A program made the position numbers and the translations under genes. Of a stretch of 64,000 nucleotides of DNA, positions 58,993 to 64,000 are shown piece after piece (positions within the stretch are counted from its first letter, which is position 1; each line of letters begins with the position of its first letter). The notes below the pieces were generated by a model. That model was given only the letters and a program-made list of their open reading frames with translations. It did not search any database and was not told where the DNA came from. Origin of the DNA: Dehalococcoidia bacterium (GTDB lineage Bacteria; Chloroflexota; Dehalococcoidia; GIF9; AB-539-J10); NCBI GenBank assembly GCA_030602785.1, contig JAUVZB010000004.1, forward strand, positions 33,344 to 97,343. Reading direction: 5' to 3'.

Positions 58993-61900
58993 ATGTTCAA
59001 GGGCGTAGATTCAAAGGCGAAGTTCCCCGACATCGAGACGCAGGTTCTCAGATTCTGGAAAGAGAATTCCATCTTCGAGAAGAGCGTCGAGTCTCGAAGA
59101 GAACGGCCGCTCTACAGCTTCAATGATGGGCCTCCGACTGCGAACGGCAGTCCGGGCATCCACCACATCTTGTCCCGTCTTTTCAAGGATATTCCCTGCC
59201 GCTACAAGACCATGCGTGGCTTCTGTGTGCCGCGTAAGGCGGGATGGGACACGCATGGCCTTCCAGTTGAACTTGAGGTGGAGAATAGCCTTGGGCTCAA
59301 GAGCAAGAAGGAGATCGAAGAGTACGGTGTAGCTGAGTTCAACCAGCGGTGCCGAGAGAGCGTCGCCAAGTATATCGGCCAGTGGGAGGCGATGGTAGAA
59401 CGCATCGGTCACTGGATAGACATGAAGGACCCCTACGTCACACTGGCGAATGACTACATTGAGTCGGGCTGGTGGGCTATCAACAGGCTCTGGGACCAGG
59501 GGCTTGTCTACCGCGGCTACAGGACCACTCCTCACTGCCCCCGCTGTGGAACTTCGCTTAGCTCTCATGAGGTCGCGCTGGGCTACGAGGATGACACTGA
59601 GGACCCATCTGTTCACATTAAGTTTCGCATTACGCAGGAGACGCTTCAGTCCGCAGCGCCGGCACTGTGGGAGGCCATTGGTCTGGGTGGCAAGAGGGCC
59701 TATCTCCTGGCGTGGACCACGACTCCCTGGACTTTGCCGGGGAACACAGCCCTCGCCGTGTCGCCGGAGGCCGATTATGCCGTCATGCAGGGCGAAGAGG
59801 ACTTCCTCATCATGGCTGCGGCCCTTGTCGAGACGGTTGGCCTGCCTGGCTACTGCCCGGTAGCAACGGTCCCTGGAAGCGTGCTGGCGGGGCTCCGTTA
59901 CGAGCCGCTCTATAACCCTCATGAATTCGGCGTCCCGCGTTTCAGCATGCCGGTCTTCGAGGCGCAGCCGCGTCCTGACGTGCTGACCTACCCTGTGATT
60001 GGCGCCGACTTCGTGTCCCTGGATGATGGCACGGGCATTGTTCATGTGGCGCCGTCCTTCGGTGAGGCGGACTTTGAAGCAGGAATGAGGGAATCCCTCG
60101 ATTTTGTCCAGCAGGTTGACCTCGAGGGCAAGGTGATCGGTAGTTACTCCTTCGCGGGGAAGTTCGTGAAGGACGCTGACGCGGATGTGACTGCCGACCT
60201 GAATGAGCGCGGGCTCCTGTTCAGGAGCGGAACTATTCGGCACACATACCCGTTCTGCTGGAGATGCGGCACTCCTCTTCTCTACTATGTGAAGAGGTCG
60301 TGGTACATCAAGACGACTGCCAAGAAGGACAGGCTCGTGTCCGGCAACTTGGAGGTCAACTGGTATCCGGACTACATCAAGCGTGGGCGGTTTGGAGACT
60401 GGCTGGAACACAACGTTGATTGGGCCTTCTCTCGTGAGCGCTACTGGGGGACTCCACTGCCCGTGTGGGAATGCCCGGACTGCGGCCAGTTCGAGTGCGT
60501 GGGCGGTCGAGCCGACCTTGCGTCCAAGCCCGGTGTGACCGGCTACGTGGAGAACATGGAACTCCATCGGCCGTATGTTGACGACGTGACGTTCAGCTGT
60601 GGTCGCTGTGGAGCCCGGATGCGAAGGGCGCCGGAGGTGATTGACTGCTGGTTCGATTCGGGAGCCATGACGTGGGCCCAGTGGCATTATCCTTTCGAGA
60701 AGGAAGATGTCTTCAAGCAGATGTTCCCCGTGGACTTCGTGTGCGAGGCCATAGACCAGACAAGAGGTTGGTTCTATAGCCTGCACGCGCTCTCGACAAT
60801 GCTCTTTGATGGCCCCTGCTTCAAGAACGTGCTGTGTCTGGGGCACATCGTCGACGCTAACGGCGAGAAGATGAGCAAGTCCAAGGGCAATATGGTGGAC
60901 CCGTGGGCTGTCGTGAACGAGTACGGTGCTGATGCCGTGCGGTGGTACATGCTTTCGTCGGCACCCAGTGAGAACACGCACAGGTTCTCGGTGCAGGTTC
61001 TTGGCGAGACGATGCGTCGTCATCTTCTCACTCTCTGGAATACCTATTCCTTCTTCGTTCTCTACGCGAACATCGACGGGTTCGTGCCGGTGAAGCAGGA
61101 AGTGCCCCGCCTTTCGGAGCTTGATCGCTGGATTGTCTCTGAGCTGAATCAACTTGTGCTCGACGTGACGAAGGCGATGGATGGCTACAATTTCACTCAG
61201 GCGATACGTCTTATCGAGCAGTTTATCGACGGGCTCTCGAATTGGTACGTTCGCCGCAGCCGCCGTCGTTTCTGGAAGAGCGAGAGCGATGATGACAAAC
61301 TGGCTGCTCACATCACTCTGTACCGCTGTCTCGTGACTCTTGCGGGACTGCTCGCGCCGCTGGCTCCGTTCATACCTGAAGAGATATACCAGAACCTCGT
61401 TCGCAGCGTGGATGGCGAAGCACCCGAGAGCATACATCTCACTGACTATCCGGTTGCCGACAAGAATGAGATTGACGAGGCTCTGAACAGAAACATGGAG
61501 CTTGTCATGAGTCTGGCCAGTCTGGGCAGGGCTGCCAGGGCGAAGGCCGGTATCAAGGTGAGACAGCCGCTGGCAATGGCTCGCATCTGCGTAACCAACG
61601 ATGCAGAAAAGGATGCAGTGGCGGCCCTGGGCGAGCACATCAGAGAAGAGCTCAATGTGAAGGACCTGGAGTTCGTTGAGAATCTCCCTGATGATGAGCA
61701 GGGATGTGCGGTGGCGAGTGATGAGCGCTACAGCGTTGGTGTGGTGACCGCGCTCTCTGACGAACTCGTCGCCGAGGGTCTGGCACGAGAGATCGTTCGT
61801 CGCTTGCAGATGATCAGGCGCTCGGCAGGCCTGGAGATATCGGACCACATTGCGGTGTTCTACCATGGCGACGCCGCGCTGCACGACGTGTTTGTGAGCT

Positions 61901-62031
61901 TCGCCGACTACATACGACAGGAGACGCTGTCGGTCGACCTGACTAGGACTCAGCCGCCCGAAGATGCTTACGTGCAGACTGTGCGTTTGGCCGGCAAGGA
62001 CCTCGTTGTCGGGGTCAAGCGAGCCGCATAG
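58993..62031 (+). CDS. ileS: isoleucyl-tRNA synthetase
   Basis: 1012 aa; HIGH-type PTANGSPGIHH, KMSKS present, editing domain. Confidence 0.95.
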   Translation: MFKGVDSKAKFPDIETQVLRFWKENSIFEKSVESRRERPLYSFNDGPPTANGSPGIHHILSRLFKDIPCRYKTMRGFCVPRKAGWDTHGLPVELEVENSLGLKSKKEIEEYGVAEFNQRCRESVAKYIGQWEAMVERIGHWIDMKDPYVTLANDYIESGWWAINRLWDQGLVYRGYRTTPHCPRCGTSLSSHEVALGYEDDTEDPSVHIKFRITQETLQSAAPALWEAIGLGGKRAYLLAWTTTPWTLPGNTALAVSPEADYAVMQGEEDFLIMAAALVETVGLPGYCPVATVPGSVLAGLRYEPLYNPHEFGVPRFSMPVFEAQPRPDVLTYPVIGADFVSLDDGTGIVHVAPSFGEADFEAGMRESLDFVQQVDLEGKVIGSYSFAGKFVKDADADVTADLNERGLLFRSGTIRHTYPFCWRCGTPLLYYVKRSWYIKTTAKKDRLVSGNLEVNWYPDYIKRGRFGDWLEHNVDWAFSRERYWGTPLPVWECPDCGQFECVGGRADLASKPGVTGYVENMELHRPYVDDVTFSCGRCGARMRRAPEVIDCWFDSGAMTWAQWHYPFEKEDVFKQMFPVDFVCEAIDQTRGWFYSLHALSTMLFDGPCFKNVLCLGHIVDANGEKMSKSKGNMVDPWAVVNEYGADAVRWYMLSSAPSENTHRFSVQVLGETMRRHLLTLWNTYSFFVLYANIDGFVPVKQEVPRLSELDRWIVSELNQLVLDVTKAMDGYNFTQAIRLIEQFIDGLSNWYVRRSRRRFWKSESDDDKLAAHITLYRCLVTLAGLLAPLAPFIPEEIYQNLVRSVDGEAPESIHLTDYPVADKNEIDEALNRNMELVMSLASLGRAARAKAGIKVRQPLAMARICVTNDAEKDAVAALGEHIREELNVKDLEFVENLPDDEQGCAVASDERYSVGVVTALSDELVAEGLAREIVRRLQMIRRSAGLEISDHIAVFYHGDAALHDVFVSFADYIRQETLSVDLTRTQPPEDAYVQTVRLAGKDLVVGVKRAA

Positions 62032-62089
62032 CACCGCTGAGGAACTTGAATGCGATTCCGCCACAGGGGCGGGCAATCGGATTTCGCCG

Positions 62090-63217
62090 CTAGTCCCAGG
62101 GTGGAGGGCTCTCCCGGAGTTGAGCCGTTGTAGTCACTCTCTCATCCCCGCGTACGTAGACAATAGCCACGGACTCTCCCACGGCACTGCGAATGATTGC
62201 CTGAAGAAGGTCGTCTGTGTTCTCGATTGCTGCCCCATCGAGCTCGACGATGACGTCGCCTTTCTCCAACCCCGCCTGGTCTGCCGGCCCGTCTTTGACG
62301 ACTTCCACCACAAGGGTTCCTTGCTCCACGGACAGCTTGTTAACTGTTGCCGTGAATTGATCCACGGTGTAGAGGGACACGCCAAGCCAGGGCCGCGTGA
62401 CGTAGCCACTGTGCACCAGTGCCTCGATTATCGGGCGCGCCCCATCGATGGCAATCGCGTAGCTCATTCCCTCCACGCCGATGTCGGCGACCTTCACGCT
62501 GTTGATGCCGATGACCTCACCTGCCATGTTAACAAGTGGCCCGCCGCTGTTTCCGGGATTGACGGCAGCGGTGGTCTGAACCAGGTCTCTGAGGGTGTTG
62601 CCGCCGACGGTGATTGACACGTTCAACCGACTCACGATGCCCTCGGTCGCGGAGATGCCCTCGCCGAGCGCGTTTCCTATCGCCACCACCCACTCCCCCA
62701 CTGCCAGCTCACCAGATTCTCCGAGCAACGCGAAGGGCAGACTGTCTGCCTGGACGCGAATCACTGCCAGGTCAGTGAGAGCGTCTGTCCCAACGATGCT
62801 CGCCGGATACTTGGTGCCGTCCGCGAGTTCCACCTGTATCTCGCTCGCGCCCTCAACAACATGATTGTTGGTTACGATGTACCCGGCGTCATCCAGTATG
62901 ACTCCCGAGCCCGCGCCTTCGTGCGTGTAGGCCTGATTGAACAGGTCGTATGCAACCACCTCCGTGATGACAGACACAACTGCCGGCCGGACCGTACTCA
63001 CGACATCTGCGATGGAAGGAAGGCTCTCGGGTTGGGCGCTCGGAGTCGCGGGCAGCTGCCATGAAGGGTCGACGTACTGGCTCTGTACGGGTTCCTGAGT
63101 GGAGGAAGGGACCGTCTCGGCGGGCGGTGATGCGGGCACAACGATGCATCCGGTCGCTGCCAGCAGCCCCAGAACGACAAGAAGCGTGACAAGTCTCAGC
63201 CCGTGCGGCTTGCTCAT
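62090..63217 (-). CDS. htrA: HtrA/DegP-family serine protease with PDZ domain and N-terminal signal peptide/lipobox
   Basis: Trypsin-like catalytic triad region (GNSGGPLVN) plus C-terminal PDZ; 375 aa. Confidence 0.85.
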   Translation of the reverse strand: MSKPHGLRLVTLLVVLGLLAATGCIVVPASPPAETVPSSTQEPVQSQYVDPSWQLPATPSAQPESLPSIADVVSTVRPAVVSVITEVVAYDLFNQAYTHEGAGSGVILDDAGYIVTNNHVVEGASEIQVELADGTKYPASIVGTDALTDLAVIRVQADSLPFALLGESGELAVGEWVVAIGNALGEGISATEGIVSRLNVSITVGGNTLRDLVQTTAAVNPGNSGGPLVNMAGEVIGINSVKVADIGVEGMSYAIAIDGARPIIEALVHSGYVTRPWLGVSLYTVDQFTATVNKLSVEQGTLVVEVVKDGPADQAGLEKGDVIVELDGAAIENTDDLLQAIIRSAVGESVAIVYVRGDERVTTTAQLRESPPPWD

Positions 63218-63299
63218 GTCGAGGATTATAGCACCAGAGGGCTCGCAGCCGTCCCGGGAGGGGCTGGCGCTTTCAGAATGGAGTGGTATACTTCAGGAA

Positions 63300-63647
63300 A
63301 TGCATGATTCGCCTGTCCGCGACTATGTGAATCAACTTCGCCGGGGCCTGGTCGAACCGCTGATGCTTTTCGTCATCGGGGAACTGCCGAGTCACGGGTA
63401 CCGCATCGCCAAAGAGGTGGAGAGACGCAGCAGCGGCTACTTCAAGCTCACTGCCAGCACGGTGTACTCCGCGTTGCGAAGGTTTGAGGACGAGGGACTG
63501 GTTTTCAGCAGCTGGCAGGAAGCTGCGAACCGCCAGAGACGGCGCTGCTACTACCTTACCGATAAGGGGAGACAGATACTCGGCGCACGGTTGAAGGAAT
63601 GGGAACGCTTCTCGGTGGCCGCTGAGAGCGTGATGGCGAGCGACTGA
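63300..63647 (+). CDS. PadR-family transcriptional regulator
   Basis: Winged-HTH PadR motif (…LMLFVIGELPSHGYRIAKEVE…STVYSALRRFEDEGLV…); divergent from htrA. Confidence 0.75.
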   Translation: MHDSPVRDYVNQLRRGLVEPLMLFVIGELPSHGYRIAKEVERRSSGYFKLTASTVYSALRRFEDEGLVFSSWQEAANRQRRRCYYLTDKGRQILGARLKEWERFSVAAESVMASD

Positions 63648-64000
63648 CTGCCAGTCGTGGACCACTCATCCCTGTGCGCCCCCTGTGTCTTGGTCGAGGT
63701 GGGTAGTGTGGGTTTCCGTCCACCATATTTCCATGGAACTGCGTCAGTAGTTCCTGTTGCCTGCTGCTTTCGGCTATGCTGCCCGCATTTTGGTGCATTG
63801 TGACGCTGTCTTGCGCACTTCTGTGCTGACTTGAACTGTGTGGCTGGTGGTGAGAAACGTGCTGTGATGACGTGCCAATCGTTCGTGAGTGGCACAGGCT
63901 GCACCGGGCAAGAGCTTGCCACTACGGGACTCTTGTGCTGCTCTTGCCCTGGTTGGTTCGTGGGCAACCGTCACTCTGCCGGTCGCACGAACATAATACG

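Noticed and set aside
59011-62076. 1021-aa ORF on the minus strand, fully antisense to ileS
   Set aside because: Typical high-GC antisense open frame with no domain signal; the + strand encodes an unmistakable IleS (HIGH/KMSKS).

Overview
High-GC (roughly 60%) bacterial chromosomal window, dense with housekeeping genes on both strands. The lineage is uncertain: an unlinked 16S rRNA, a short monoderm-type YidC, thyX and abfD are compatible with a Chloroflexota-like organism, but nothing here decides it.

Housekeeping content includes: prs (3' part), secA, valS, coaBC and coaX, corA, a lone 16S rRNA that sits between corA and rny with no 23S/5S downstream, a frameshifted ymdB-like metallophosphoesterase, and prfA-prmC. 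Further on come a macro-domain protein, abfD-like 4-hydroxybutyryl-CoA dehydratase, thyX, a YbaK-like deacylase, a glycine-betaine ABC transporter, fabF with a MaoC-type dehydratase, tRNA-Leu(TAG), ftsH, rsfS, ndk, tsaB/tsaE, thiL, and the origin-proximal style block rpsF-ssb-rpsR-rpmH-rnpA-yidD-(PQQ lipoprotein)-yidC-jag-ileS, followed by htrA and a PadR regulator.

The most unusual structure is a pair of 100% identical 99-bp MITE-like repeats (27833-27931 and 47518-47616). Each has CTAGGAG/CTCCTAG termini that supply the stop codons of flanking genes. They bracket a 19.6-kb segment with an archaeal/eukaryote-flavoured gene set:
- a short archaeal-type MetE-like protein;
- a tandem HD (YfbR-like) protein;
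- a J-domain protein in an operon with a DRG/Rbg-type TGS GTPase, plus a double-CxxC zinc ribbon;
- a radical-SAM/SPASM-like enzyme with two MBL-fold proteins and a DedA protein;
- yggS;
- an N-glycosylation-like locus (two GT2s, a decayed oxidoreductase fragment, a Wzx flippase and an STT3/AglB/PglB-type oligosaccharyltransferase with a WWDYG motif);
- an orphan LarA-like protein;
- a translationally coupled operon of three uncharacterised proteins with an upstream tandem-repeat promoter region.

Other notable points are a dispersed repeat family with a conserved 5' motif and variable GC palindromes after secA, and a 29-30 bp processing stem flanking the 16S. No CRISPR arrays, integrases or transposases were seen.
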